From: a virus
Taxonomy: Duplodnaviria; Caudoviricetes
Direction: 5' to 3' (one strand)
DNA length: 46,909 bases
Virus record (IMG/VR): IMGVR_UViG_3300043220_000102
Location: 1 to 46,909 of that record
Positions 17,520 to 25,232 of the stretch are shown here, one piece after another. Position 1 is the stretch's first letter, and each line of letters opens with the position of its first letter. Made by a program: the position numbers and the translations under genes. The notes beneath the pieces were generated by a model, which saw nothing but the letters and a program-made list of their open reading frames with translations, was not told the origin of the DNA and made no database searches.

Positions 17520-17692
17520 GAAACCTCCCTCTTGTCTATCGCTTCCATCACAGGCCACCCTCCATGATCGCACGGCTCAACCGGCCAGTGGGGTGAGCCA
17601 CACTTCCAGCACGGCGGCAACGTTGGCCGAAGCCGCTCCCGCGCCTCAGCACCGAGTATCGCAATCGCCTGCGCTCGCGTCGGGAACATCAT
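17516..17692 (-). CDS. Small Zn-binding protein, 58 aa
   Basis: CWKCGSPHWPVEPC; ATGA overlaps. Confidence 0.55.
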   Translation of the reverse strand: MMFPTRAQAIAILGAEARERLRPTLPPCWKCGSPHWPVEPCDHGGWPVMEAIDKREVS

Positions 17693-17889
17693 GGCTTCCA
17701 CTTCCTGGCGGTATCGAGCAACGCCTTGATATGGGGCGTCTTGGCGCACACGCGACAGTAGATGCCCCAATGCTGCGACTCGGCAGAGTTGCGAAGGCAA
17801 CTCACACACCACATCGGATGCGACGGCCCCTCCGGCTCTCGCATCCGCTCCACCGCAGCGTCGATGTCCTCAAGCGTCAGCGTCGTCAC
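17689..17889 (-). CDS. Small Zn-finger protein, 66 aa
   Basis: CVSC...CRVC; GTGA overlap. Confidence 0.55.
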   Translation of the reverse strand: MTTLTLEDIDAAVERMREPEGPSHPMWCVSCLRNSAESQHWGIYCRVCAKTPHIKALLDTARKWKP

Positions 17890-18293
17890 GACTTCGCCCT
17901 CTGCGCCGCCTTCCGGCACGCCGAACACACCCTCCGCCCAGGCTGGGGCTCGTTCTCCCCACACACCGAACAGGTGTCGGGACGATCGGCGACATCCACT
18001 GGCGACATTTCCCGATCGGCGACAGGATCGGCGACATTCTGGCGACAGTACCCGCACTCCCCCTCTACGTGCTCCGCAGGATGCGGCCCCTTCTCAGGAC
18101 GCCTCGGCACAGGCTCGTCCAGCCCGTACTCAGCCCTCAGCTCAGCCGTCACCTTCCCCACCTCTATCGCATCAGGCTTCGGACTCAACCGCTCAGCTAC
18201 CATCCACGACGGAGGCCCGAACACTCGTACCTGATGCGGCTTCTCCTTCACCGCCCGCTCGAATACTGCTAACTGCTCACTAGACTGCACCAT
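17886..18293 (-). CDS. Hypothetical protein with Cys-rich C-terminus
   Basis: CGYC and CSVC...CSAC. Confidence 0.6.
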   Translation of the reverse strand: MVQSSEQLAVFERAVKEKPHQVRVFGPPSWMVAERLSPKPDAIEVGKVTAELRAEYGLDEPVPRRPEKGPHPAEHVEGECGYCRQNVADPVADREMSPVDVADRPDTCSVCGENEPQPGRRVCSACRKAAQRAKS

Positions 18294-18359
18294 TAGGATT
18301 TCACCTTTCGCATTTCTGGCGGATACCGCAACCCTATATCAGTCCCGCCTCGCGGGGTC

Positions 18360-18554
18360 TTAGGCTCCGTCCAGCTCCATCCAGCCGTCCCCCTGTGTGG
18401 TAGGCAGCAGTACCGGCACGCACCAGGGGCACCGGGGCAGGTAGGTGGCGTAGACGTGGGCCAGGCTGCATTGCCTGGTACGGGGCGGCTCTACGCCGGT
18501 GGTGCGCCTATAGAGGAGCACGTTGGCCTCCACGATGTCACGTAGTTCAATCAT
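18360..18554 (-). CDS. Hypothetical protein, 64 aa
   Basis: MIELRDIVEAN...CSLAH...CPWC. Confidence 0.5.
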   Translation of the reverse strand: MIELRDIVEANVLLYRRTTGVEPPRTRQCSLAHVYATYLPRCPWCVPVLLPTTQGDGWMELDGA

Positions 18555-18882
18555 CCAGGTCATCCAGGCAGTGGGCCTCACCGGCTGGGAGGACTGCAGG
18601 GGCGTCCTGGGGCGCGGGGGAGGTGAGGTCACGCGCCACGACACCCACCAAGGCGTGCAGCGGCCTCTCAGCGTCCCCTGATACTGTGATGGACTGAGCC
18701 GGCTTGCCGAGCTGACGGTCGAAGGCATAGATGGTAGCCTTGGGGTCACCGGCCTCTATCAGTTTGTCTAGAGCACCGACCAGGCGCTCAGCGGGTATCC
18801 TCTGCCGGAGCAGTTCAGTCAACTCCGACTGTCCTTTGGGCCGTCCTCCGGGGTTGCCAGATACGCCAGGCTGAAAGACCAT
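18547..18882 (-). CDS. Terminase small subunit-like protein (DUF5681-type N-terminus)
   Basis: FQPGVSGNPGGRPKG and AFDRQLGKPAQSI motifs; upstream of TerL. Confidence 0.75.
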   Translation of the reverse strand: MVFQPGVSGNPGGRPKGQSELTELLRQRIPAERLVGALDKLIEAGDPKATIYAFDRQLGKPAQSITVSGDAERPLHALVGVVARDLTSPAPQDAPAVLPAGEAHCLDDLDD

Positions 18883-18945
18883 ACTGTTAGGCTCCTGTTC
18901 TCAATCGGGCCATCAGGCACAGGGTACTGTGTTCGAGCCAGGCCG

Positions 18946-19233
18946 TCAACAGTCGTAGCGGGTAGCAGTAATCTGTCGTTCAGATGGGACGGAGCCCTCA
19001 CTAACAAGAGGGAAGGACTCATGCTCCAGATAGAGGCGGAGCATTCTACGCTCACCATCGACCACAGCACCGAGCAGTCTAGCGCCTTGGGGGATGCCGT
19101 GCATTTCCAGGCGAGAGGTGCCGTCGAGCATCAAGAGCCCAAGCACCGCATCAAGCGTAACAGGGAAGGCGACGATGCGGCGGGGCGTGCTAGGTTCAGC
19201 CAGGAAGAGTGAAATCGTATCGGCCCAAGCCAT
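18946..19233 (-). CDS. Hypothetical protein, 95 aa, probably leaderless
   Basis: ATG 7 nt after a -10 box; RLYLEHESFPLVSEG motif. Confidence 0.65.
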   Translation of the reverse strand: MAWADTISLFLAEPSTPRRIVAFPVTLDAVLGLLMLDGTSRLEMHGIPQGARLLGAVVDGERRMLRLYLEHESFPLVSEGSVPSERQITATRYDC

Positions 19234-19240
19234 CAGTGCC

Positions 19241-19270
19241 AGGGTACAGCGTCTGGGATGGGGCTGTCAA
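19241..19270 (-). promoter_or_regulatory. Promoter for the packaging operon (leaderless start)
   Basis: TTGACA-18-TACCCT-7-ATG. Confidence 0.65.
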
Positions 19271-19352
19271 CGGTGGAGGAGGCAGTGGGCTAGATGCCGA
19301 TGCCCCAGGCCCGGGAGGTTAATCGGGCGAGGGACACCAGCCACAAGTGGAC
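19271..19352 (-). ncRNA. Candidate small RNA or leader hairpin with anti-SD-like loop
   Basis: Extended -10 TGCTACACT (19359-19367); G-U-containing stem 19296-19306/19331-19341; loop ATTAACCTCC. Confidence 0.4.
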
Positions 19353-19438
19353 GTGTCCAGTGTAGCACAATTCTTTGGGGGTTGGGGGTTCAGAAGTGTT
19401 GCGCCGGTGCCGATGATAGCGTTAGGAGGGGTAGAGAG

Positions 19439-19573
19439 ATGACCATCGCGACGATACGCGCGACCGAGGAAGTAGCGGCGGAGATCCGCTACCGGATAGC
19501 CCAGCGACTAGGGATGGTGACCACGGCCCGGATCTCCGGGCAAGAGTACACGTGGCTGATACAGGCCGCGTAG
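19439..19573 (+). CDS. Hypothetical protein, 44 aa
   Basis: AGGAGG RBS; first gene of the plus-strand island. Confidence 0.55.
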   Translation: MTIATIRATEEVAAEIRYRIAQRLGMVTTARISGQEYTWLIQAA

Positions 19574-19586
19574 AGGAGGTAGAGAG

Positions 19587-19838
19587 ATGGACGACGAGCG
19601 CGACTATGCAGAGGAACAGGCGGTGCGCGACCAGTACAGGGCAGAGGCGCGAGGGCTCGGCCCACTTGCTCAGCGTAGCTGGGCACACTTGGCGCGCCTG
19701 TACGACGAGGCGAAGGCACGAGAGCCACGAGTCACCAGTATCTACTGCGACGTGAGCGAGATGCTGGACACCATCGAGACGGGCAAGGCCAACGGCGGCG
19801 CCTACAAGCGGCTATGCGACAGGCTACGGCGCTACTAG
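19587..19838 (+). CDS. Hypothetical protein, 83 aa
   Basis: AGGAGGT RBS. Confidence 0.7.
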   Translation: MDDERDYAEEQAVRDQYRAEARGLGPLAQRSWAHLARLYDEAKAREPRVTSIYCDVSEMLDTIETGKANGGAYKRLCDRLRRY

Positions 19839-19857
19839 GCCGAGCGTAGAGGAGGGG

Positions 19858-20076
19858 ATGAGGATGCGAAAAGAGCAATGCCCGTGGGGCTACCAGTACA
19901 AGGGGAGGGCCCGGAGTGTGAACCGGAAGCATCGGTGCAACGTGTCGTGCTGGGAGCGCTGGACGCTGGCGCAGTGTCTCGAGTGGTTACGGGTAACGCC
20001 CATCCACATCCGAGGCGCAGAGACGGTGCTGCCACACCTACGACATCAGGCGCTCAGGGGCTTCGCAACGGCCTAG
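19858..20076 (+). CDS. Hypothetical protein, 72 aa
   Basis: AGGAGG RBS. Confidence 0.55.
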   Translation: MRMRKEQCPWGYQYKGRARSVNRKHRCNVSCWERWTLAQCLEWLRVTPIHIRGAETVLPHLRHQALRGFATA

Positions 20077-20124
20077 ACCACGCGGCGTGTCGGCGCCGGC
20101 AGGCAGAGAGAGGAGAGCAACGCG

Positions 20125-20331
20125 ATGACACACGGACGCCCCGGCGCGGACCCGGCGACGATGCGACCAGACAACCGTAGCGTGCTGCCCAGCCAGTGCG
20201 ACCACGAATCTGGACACGCATACTGTAGCCGGTGCTGCCCATGCGCTGAGTGCTGGGAGATACGAGACGACGACTATCGCCGCTCCAATGACCCAGCCGA
20301 CCGCATCTTGGCCTCACCAGCCAAGCCCTAG
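20125..20331 (+). CDS. Cys-rich hypothetical protein, 68 aa
   Basis: AGGAG RBS; CDH...CSRCCPCAEC. Confidence 0.55.
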   Translation: MTHGRPGADPATMRPDNRSVLPSQCDHESGHAYCSRCCPCAECWEIRDDDYRRSNDPADRILASPAKP

Positions 20332-20422
20332 CCCCTCCTACCATGCGGCCCAGCGACGTGGCCGGCGCGCTGGGCGGGACGGTGAGAGGATAGCGGCCGA
20401 GAGGCCGGAGAGGATACCCAAC

Positions 20423-20701
20423 ATGGCAGACAGAGCAGAGCACACACCGGGACCGTGGCGCTACGGCCCCAACCTGGCCCAGCCCGTCGGGGTGTACTGG
20501 ATACAGGCCAGCGACGGCGAGGACATCACAGACGCAGTGCAGGGCGAAGAGAACGCCAAAGTCATGACGGAGGCCCCCAACCTGCTGGCGGCGGCCAAGG
20601 CGGAGCTAAACGCGGGCCAGGGCATCTGCTACGCGGAGTGTGAAGAAGGCAGGCCATGCGCCACCTGCCAGCTCCGAGCCGCCATCAAGGCCGCGTCATG
20701 A
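20423..20701 (+). CDS. HTPGPW-motif phage protein, 92 aa
   Basis: EHTPGPW...NAKVMTEAPNLLAAAK...RAAIKAA, a widespread phage pattern. Confidence 0.75.
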   Translation: MADRAEHTPGPWRYGPNLAQPVGVYWIQASDGEDITDAVQGEENAKVMTEAPNLLAAAKAELNAGQGICYAECEEGRPCATCQLRAAIKAAS

Positions 20702-21051
20702 GCGCGCCAACGTGGGATGAGATCATCGACCGAACCGACGAGGAACTGCGGCAGAAGCTGCTGACCCGAAAGGACATCACAGACGGGCACATCGACATCG
20801 GCGAGATTCCGGGTAGGCTGCCCCGTCCTGGCAGTAGAACGGCCTACCCGTATGACGAATGGGCCAAGATACCACCCGGCAAGGCTGTCGAGATTACGCT
20901 GCTGCTGAGAAGCCGGCACCCCCAAGGCGTAGGCCGCACCCTCACTAGGTATTTCGAGGCGCATAACATGGGTCTGCACGCAGTGCTGCGGCAAGAAGCG
21001 GGCCAGTGGCGGATGTGGGTGATTAGGCCGCCAAAGGAGGCCAACACATGA
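20698..21051 (+). CDS. Hypothetical protein, 117 aa, possibly DNA-binding
   Basis: ATGA overlap; AYPYDEWAKIPPGKAV...MWVIR. Confidence 0.65.
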   Translation: MSAPTWDEIIDRTDEELRQKLLTRKDITDGHIDIGEIPGRLPRPGSRTAYPYDEWAKIPPGKAVEITLLLRSRHPQGVGRTLTRYFEAHNMGLHAVLRQEAGQWRMWVIRPPKEANT

Positions 21052-21365
21052 GCACACCAACCATGGATGAGATCGTCGCGCGCACAAACGAAGACCTACA
21101 GGTCAGCCGCCTACTCGCCCGCACCGGCCTGGGCCTTGAAATAACGGGCGGAACGGGAGAGCGCTACCTAGCCACCATCTTCCGGGGCCGCACTCGACAC
21201 GCCTCACTATCGCTTAACGTGGCCGGAGACAATGGCTGGCCGCCATCAAGCCGCGACGTGATAACGGCGACACTGCTGCGCGCCGCGATGGACCCCAAGT
21301 TCGCCCGGCGGGCCCGAGCGTTCCTCACTGAAGACGAGTTGAAGAGGCTGGAAAAGGTATTATGA
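21048..21365 (+). CDS. Hypothetical protein, 105 aa
   Basis: AAGGAGG RBS; ATGA overlap. Confidence 0.7.
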   Translation: MSTPTMDEIVARTNEDLQVSRLLARTGLGLEITGGTGERYLATIFRGRTRHASLSLNVAGDNGWPPSSRDVITATLLRAAMDPKFARRARAFLTEDELKRLEKVL

Positions 21366-21459
21366 CCACCGCACTAATCGGCTTCCTGGCCTGCGCCGCC
21401 GACCCGGCGCGGGGGCCCGGGCGGATGTAGTCGGCATGGGCCTGGGCAGGCGCAGCTAC

Positions 21460-21687
21460 TCACGGGGCATCACCTCCCCCCTTCCGCGTCAGCGCGGCGA
21501 GCTCGGTGGCCCGGCGCACCGCTGAGCAGGACGGGCAGAAGTCTCCCGATCCAGCTCTGCTTGTCTCCCAGCCATATTCTTGCGGAAAGGAGCCATCAAG
21601 AAGTCGCCAGGTCTCGTTTGTCGTTAAGAGCAGTCGCTTATCGCAACTAGCACCGATATTGTCGCAGAGCAGCGCTATCCCCATCAC
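21460..21687 (-). CDS. Small Cys-rich protein
   Basis: LLCDNIGASC...GW...DFCPSC. Confidence 0.6.
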   Translation of the reverse strand: MMGIALLCDNIGASCDKRLLLTTNETWRLLDGSFPQEYGWETSRAGSGDFCPSCSAVRRATELAALTRKGGGDAP

Positions 21688-22046
21688 TTCCCTCCCTTCG
21701 TCATCTCAGCGGCCCGGAGTGTGAAAACTTCCCGAATCAGCGTCTCAGCGTCGGCGGTTTCCAAGAGGGCGGCCGGCAGCTCCGTCAGCATTCCCTGCAC
21801 CTGGCGCGACTTCCAGCCCTGATTCATGAGCCCCGCTTGGACCTCGCGTATTGCCGGGTTCACCTTTACGGACTTCGTAACGGGCGCACGCTTCGGCTTC
21901 GCCCCGTTCTTCTTGGCTGGGCTGTTCTCCTTCGCCCAGGCCTTATGGATCGGGTTTGCGTAGTGGACCCTGGGCACGAAGTCGTACGGCCGCTTGTCCC
22001 CCTCAAGGAACTGGATCGGCTCTTGGCAGTCCCGGCAGGTAGTCAT
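21684..22046 (-). CDS. Protein with N-terminal Zn motif and RuvA C-terminal-like domain
   Basis: CRDC; EVQAGLMNQGWKSRQVQ...DAETLIREVF. Confidence 0.6.
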   Translation of the reverse strand: MTTCRDCQEPIQFLEGDKRPYDFVPRVHYANPIHKAWAKENSPAKKNGAKPKRAPVTKSVKVNPAIREVQAGLMNQGWKSRQVQGMLTELPAALLETADAETLIREVFTLRAAEMTKGGK

Positions 22047-22264
22047 TGGCCAGCCACCGCCCGTGCTACGTCTATGTCAAGGCCGAAGCGGTCCTCGGTA
22101 AGAACTAAGCCGTGCCGGCGTATCCACTCGTCCGCCAGCACGTCACACGGCCCGCACATCCAAGTGCCCGGTTCGTGGGGGCAGTCGACACCCAGCACCC
22201 CAGGGCTGTCACGCTCAGCCTCTCGGACCCTCTGCTGGTACTGCGCCCAGTCGCCGTACATCAC
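22043..22264 (-). CDS. Hypothetical Cys-containing protein, 73 aa
   Basis: AGGAG RBS; CPH...CGPC. Confidence 0.6.
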   Translation of the reverse strand: MMYGDWAQYQQRVREAERDSPGVLGVDCPHEPGTWMCGPCDVLADEWIRRHGLVLTEDRFGLDIDVARAVAGQ

Positions 22265-22292
22265 TCCTCGCTTTCTCGCGCACCCAGGGGGG

Positions 22293-22502
22293 CTAGGCTC
22301 GCCGCTCCTCTATCGCCTGGCGGAGATACACCGCCAAGTCAAGCGCTTCCTCGTAGGCATCTCGCAGCGCGTCCCGTCCGTTGTGGGCCTGTAACGGCGT
22401 GCCGTTGCGGGCGATACCAACCCGGTGGCGGTTGAGCATGTCTTTGATCACCAAGTCCCAGATCGGGATACTGCTGTTGCGCGTAGGTGCTGGTTGCTCC
22501 AT
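22293..22502 (-). CDS. Small all-alpha protein, MazG/dUTPase-like acidic motif
   Basis: GTPLQAHNGRDALRDAYEEALDLAVYL. Confidence 0.65.
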   Translation of the reverse strand: MEQPAPTRNSSIPIWDLVIKDMLNRHRVGIARNGTPLQAHNGRDALRDAYEEALDLAVYLRQAIEERRA

Positions 22503-22599
22503 CGCTTCGCTCCTTTCTTGTCGCAGAGGATTTACCAGGGTGGTGAGACGGTGATAGGGCGCCTCCGTGCCATGGGGGTACGGGGGCGGTTTACCCACA

Positions 22600-22815
22600 T
22601 CACACGAACTCAGGCACGCCGTTGAGCCGCTCTTTCTCTTCCCAGCGGGCTCGTTCGTGGCCCAGGCCCCAGACTGCGCCAGCGATGAACGCATCTTCAA
22701 CCAGCGCCTTCTGGGTTTGCATGTACTCTGTCAGCATCGCCATCTGGCCGATCCCATGCGCTGACCAGTAGCGAACAGCAGCTTGTGACTCTGTCTTAGG
22801 TGCCTCACACATCAT
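22600..22815 (-). CDS. Hypothetical protein, 71 aa
   Basis: AAAGGAG RBS; AFIAGAVW motif. Confidence 0.6.
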   Translation of the reverse strand: MMCEAPKTESQAAVRYWSAHGIGQMAMLTEYMQTQKALVEDAFIAGAVWGLGHERARWEEKERLNGVPEFV

Positions 22816-22890
22816 CGCTCCTTTCTACCCGTGTCGCTCTCTCCCCCAGGAACCAATCCGGTAGGAAATTGGGCAGAGATCACCCCGCGC

Positions 22891-23211
22891 TCAGGCGCGG
22901 ACAAGCCTCTCTATGTGCTGGTTGGCTCGGCGCAGGGCACTCTGCCACGCAGCGCGGCCCGCACCCACCGAGCCTTTGTTGTGCTCAGCCCACCAAGCCT
23001 CGAAACTCCTGTTTAGCGCTACGTCCCCCTTGGCCATGAAGGCTTCACCAACCGAATAGAGACACCGCAAGCAACAATCGTCAGGGATGCGAGGAACCTC
23101 GATCACGACAGGCGCCGTGGCCCCACACCACGTCCAGCCATTCTCGGACAGGCAGAGATGCGGCTTGAAGCCCTCATACGTGAACCCAACGTCCACGGGG
23201 TCAGGCATCAC
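22891..23211 (-). CDS. Hypothetical protein with H..CG..CxxC Zn motif
   Basis: PHLCL...TWCG...CCLRC; FEAWW. Confidence 0.6.
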   Translation of the reverse strand: MMPDPVDVGFTYEGFKPHLCLSENGWTWCGATAPVVIEVPRIPDDCCLRCLYSVGEAFMAKGDVALNRSFEAWWAEHNKGSVGAGRAAWQSALRRANQHIERLVRA

Positions 23212-23329
23212 AGGCCAGGCAGCGGTAGCAGCGGAACAGGAATGGCAGCGGGTGACATTTGCAGGTACAGTTTTCTGGATCAGGTCGTGTCCCGAATAGC
23301 ACCCACTCTATGAATCGTAGGACCCGCAT
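23201..23329 (-). CDS. 42-aa Cys-rich microprotein
   Basis: AAGGAGAGAACG-ATG; MRVLRFIEWVLFG...CTCKCH...CYRCLAC. Confidence 0.55.
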   Translation of the reverse strand: MRVLRFIEWVLFGTRPDPENCTCKCHPLPFLFRCYRCLACDA

Positions 23330-23341
23330 CGTTCTCTCCTT

Positions 23342-23690
23342 TCAGGGCGCGGGGGGCCATCGGCAGGTTGCCCTGCCTTCATCTTAGCCCCCAGCATGAC
23401 ACCGATGAGGCCAACTCTGGGGTAGCAGTCGGGGGTATGAGACCCAGAGCATCCCTGCTGTCGGCGGGTGCGGACCGTGACCCCAGTCCCCTCCCGCACC
23501 GCGCTTTGTTCACGCCTGCCCAATGCCGTTGGTGGCTGGCGCATAGCCTTGCGGCTCCCCGTTCCTGGGATACCTCGCCCTGGCTCCAGGTGTTCCCGAC
23601 GGGTGCGGGCTGTGATAACGGGTGGCGATCCCGAGAGAGGCTGGACAGAGGGACGTGGGTGGTGTAAACTTCTCTCTGTAAGCTTCTCTG
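23342..23690 (-). ncRNA. Candidate ~350-nt structured RNA or leader
   Basis: Own promoter candidate; hairpins AGCC-GCAA-GGCT and GGCAG-N6-CTGCC; no convincing ORF. Confidence 0.45.
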
Positions 23691-23695
23691 TGCTC

Positions 23696-23725
23696 ACACT
23701 AGCACGCATCATTCGCCTCGCGCAA
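23696..23725 (-). promoter_or_regulatory. Promoter with extended -10
   Basis: TTGCGC-18-(TGC)TAGTGT. Confidence 0.5.
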
Positions 23726-23741
23726 GCGGGGCGTTGGTGTC

Positions 23742-24140
23742 TCACTCTACGAGCCGCTCCACGTTGTGATAGCCCTCCCAGGAGCCGCCCTTAACCCGGT
23801 GCCGGCCCGGGCAGGGCTCCCAGCGTTCGGCGGGGCGCTCCACCAGCGCGTCCCAGTCGGCGAGGGCCTGGCGGGCGTCTGCCAGCTCCCCATCAGCATC
23901 ATATTCAGCCCCATCGTTGTTGGCCTCATGCATCGCGGCCAGTGCTAATGGCACTAGATCACCCAGCGCCTCCGCCAGCTTGATCGCCACGCGCCGGCTA
24001 TCAGCGGCCATGTTCTGGATCGTGGCCACCGCTGTGACGTACCCGCACCCTGGGCAGCAGTCCCCTCCGGGCTCGTCTGCGTTGCAGCCCAGATCGTGCT
24101 TCGCCTCCCTCAGCAGCCGCTCGGCCTCTTCTGTCTTCAT
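23742..24140 (-). CDS. Hypothetical protein, 132 aa
   Basis: AAGGAG RBS; ATGA overlap. Confidence 0.65.
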   Translation of the reverse strand: MKTEEAERLLREAKHDLGCNADEPGGDCCPGCGYVTAVATIQNMAADSRRVAIKLAEALGDLVPLALAAMHEANNDGAEYDADGELADARQALADWDALVERPAERWEPCPGRHRVKGGSWEGYHNVERLVE

Positions 24141-24394
24141 GTGGTCTCCTTCAGGATGGTGCGGGCTTCCGCTAACGCTACACGCCTTGCCTTGAGCGAA
24201 TTGTGGATAGCTACTTGGGCCGTGAGCCTGTCCTCGCTCTCTAGGATTCGACGCAGAATGCCCTCTAGGGCGGCGATGCGCTTGCAGGCGGCCGACTCGG
24301 CGCATCGTTCACCGAAATACTGGATCGCATCCCACTCGCCTTTCTGAAGAGGCCTGCGGATGCTTCCGCGAAGTTCGTTCAGTAGATTGTCCAT
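24137..24394 (-). CDS. Hypothetical coiled-coil protein, 85 aa
   Basis: TGATG overlap. Confidence 0.6.
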   Translation of the reverse strand: MDNLLNELRGSIRRPLQKGEWDAIQYFGERCAESAACKRIAALEGILRRILESEDRLTAQVAIHNSLKARRVALAEARTILKETT

Positions 24395-24636
24395 CACCCC
24401 ATCGCCTCTATGTCGCGCTGCAACGCGGCCAGGGCTTCTTCGGCTTCGGCGATACAGGGTGCGTTGTGATAGCTGCTTTCGGCCAGCAGCGTAGAGCACT
24501 TCAGCAGCTCCGCCGTCTGCCGGCGCAGGTGCTCGACGGCCAGGACGGCATACCGTGACCTGGCCTCAGTGGCAGGCCAGCCAGGACGGTTGCCCTTCGC
24601 CCCCAGCGCGTCCAGGGCTTCGAGTACGGTGCTCAT
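24394..24636 (-). CDS. Hypothetical protein, 80 aa
   Basis: ATGA overlap. Confidence 0.6.
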   Translation of the reverse strand: MSTVLEALDALGAKGNRPGWPATEARSRYAVLAVEHLRRQTAELLKCSTLLAESSYHNAPCIAEAEEALAALQRDIEAMG

Positions 24637-24818
24637 CGCAGCTTGTCCTTGAGCACTTCGAGGTAGAGCATCGCGTCTGCCATCTCCTCCTGGGCCTCTT
24701 CGATCATTCTCTCGGCGGTGTAGCCGTCCCAGCGCCTATCGTCGCGGCCTGTGCGGATGCACTCTTCCAGCACGCGGCGCACGCTGGCGGCCCTCTCTGC
24801 GTTGGTGCGGTTGGTCAT
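24633..24818 (-). CDS. Small MazG-like helical protein, 61 aa
   Basis: IEEAQEEMADAMLYL. Confidence 0.6.
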   Translation of the reverse strand: MTNRTNAERAASVRRVLEECIRTGRDDRRWDGYTAERMIEEAQEEMADAMLYLEVLKDKLR

Positions 24819-25021
24819 GGGGCGGGCTCCTCATCGTCCGCGAGGGGCAGCATCCACTCTCGACCATCGGGCGTCCCGGCCCACTGAAGAAGCGCTGTTG
24901 CCCACGTCTCTTCGGTTGCATCGGTGAAGGTGTGGACGCTCCAGCCCCGCTCGCGCGCTTCGTTCAGCCGTTCTTCAATGCGATCCGCCGGGAAGATTCG
25001 GTAGGCGTAGTACTCAGGCAT
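24815..25021 (-). CDS. Hypothetical protein, DUF4177-like pattern
   Basis: EERLNEARERGWSV. Confidence 0.6.
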   Translation of the reverse strand: MPEYYAYRIFPADRIEERLNEARERGWSVHTFTDATEETWATALLQWAGTPDGREWMLPLADDEEPAP

Positions 25022-25232
25022 TCACCTTCTCCTTCTTGCTCCGTTGCTGGTAACGCCGGTTCAGGAGCCGCGCAACCAAGTCTGCATCATCGGCTGATCG
25101 GCACGTAGCGAAGAGGAACTCGCCGCCCCAGCCTTCTTGTTGGACGATGATGAGCCATCTCACGTCAGTATCTCCGCGCACGACTTTGGCGTCCTTGTAC
25201 ATCGGGGCACGATATCCACGTCTACGAGCCAT
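25014..25232 (-). CDS. Hypothetical protein, 72 aa
   Basis: Overlaps both neighbours; ADLVARLLN motif. Confidence 0.6.
   Translation of the reverse strand: MARRRGYRAPMYKDAKVVRGDTDVRWLIIVQQEGWGGEFLFATCRSADDADLVARLLNRRYQQRSKKEKVNA

Noticed and set aside
23342-23600. Cobalamin riboswitch
   Set aside because: GGGAA and ACCTGCC fragments are present, but the GCCACTG/B12-box core is absent.
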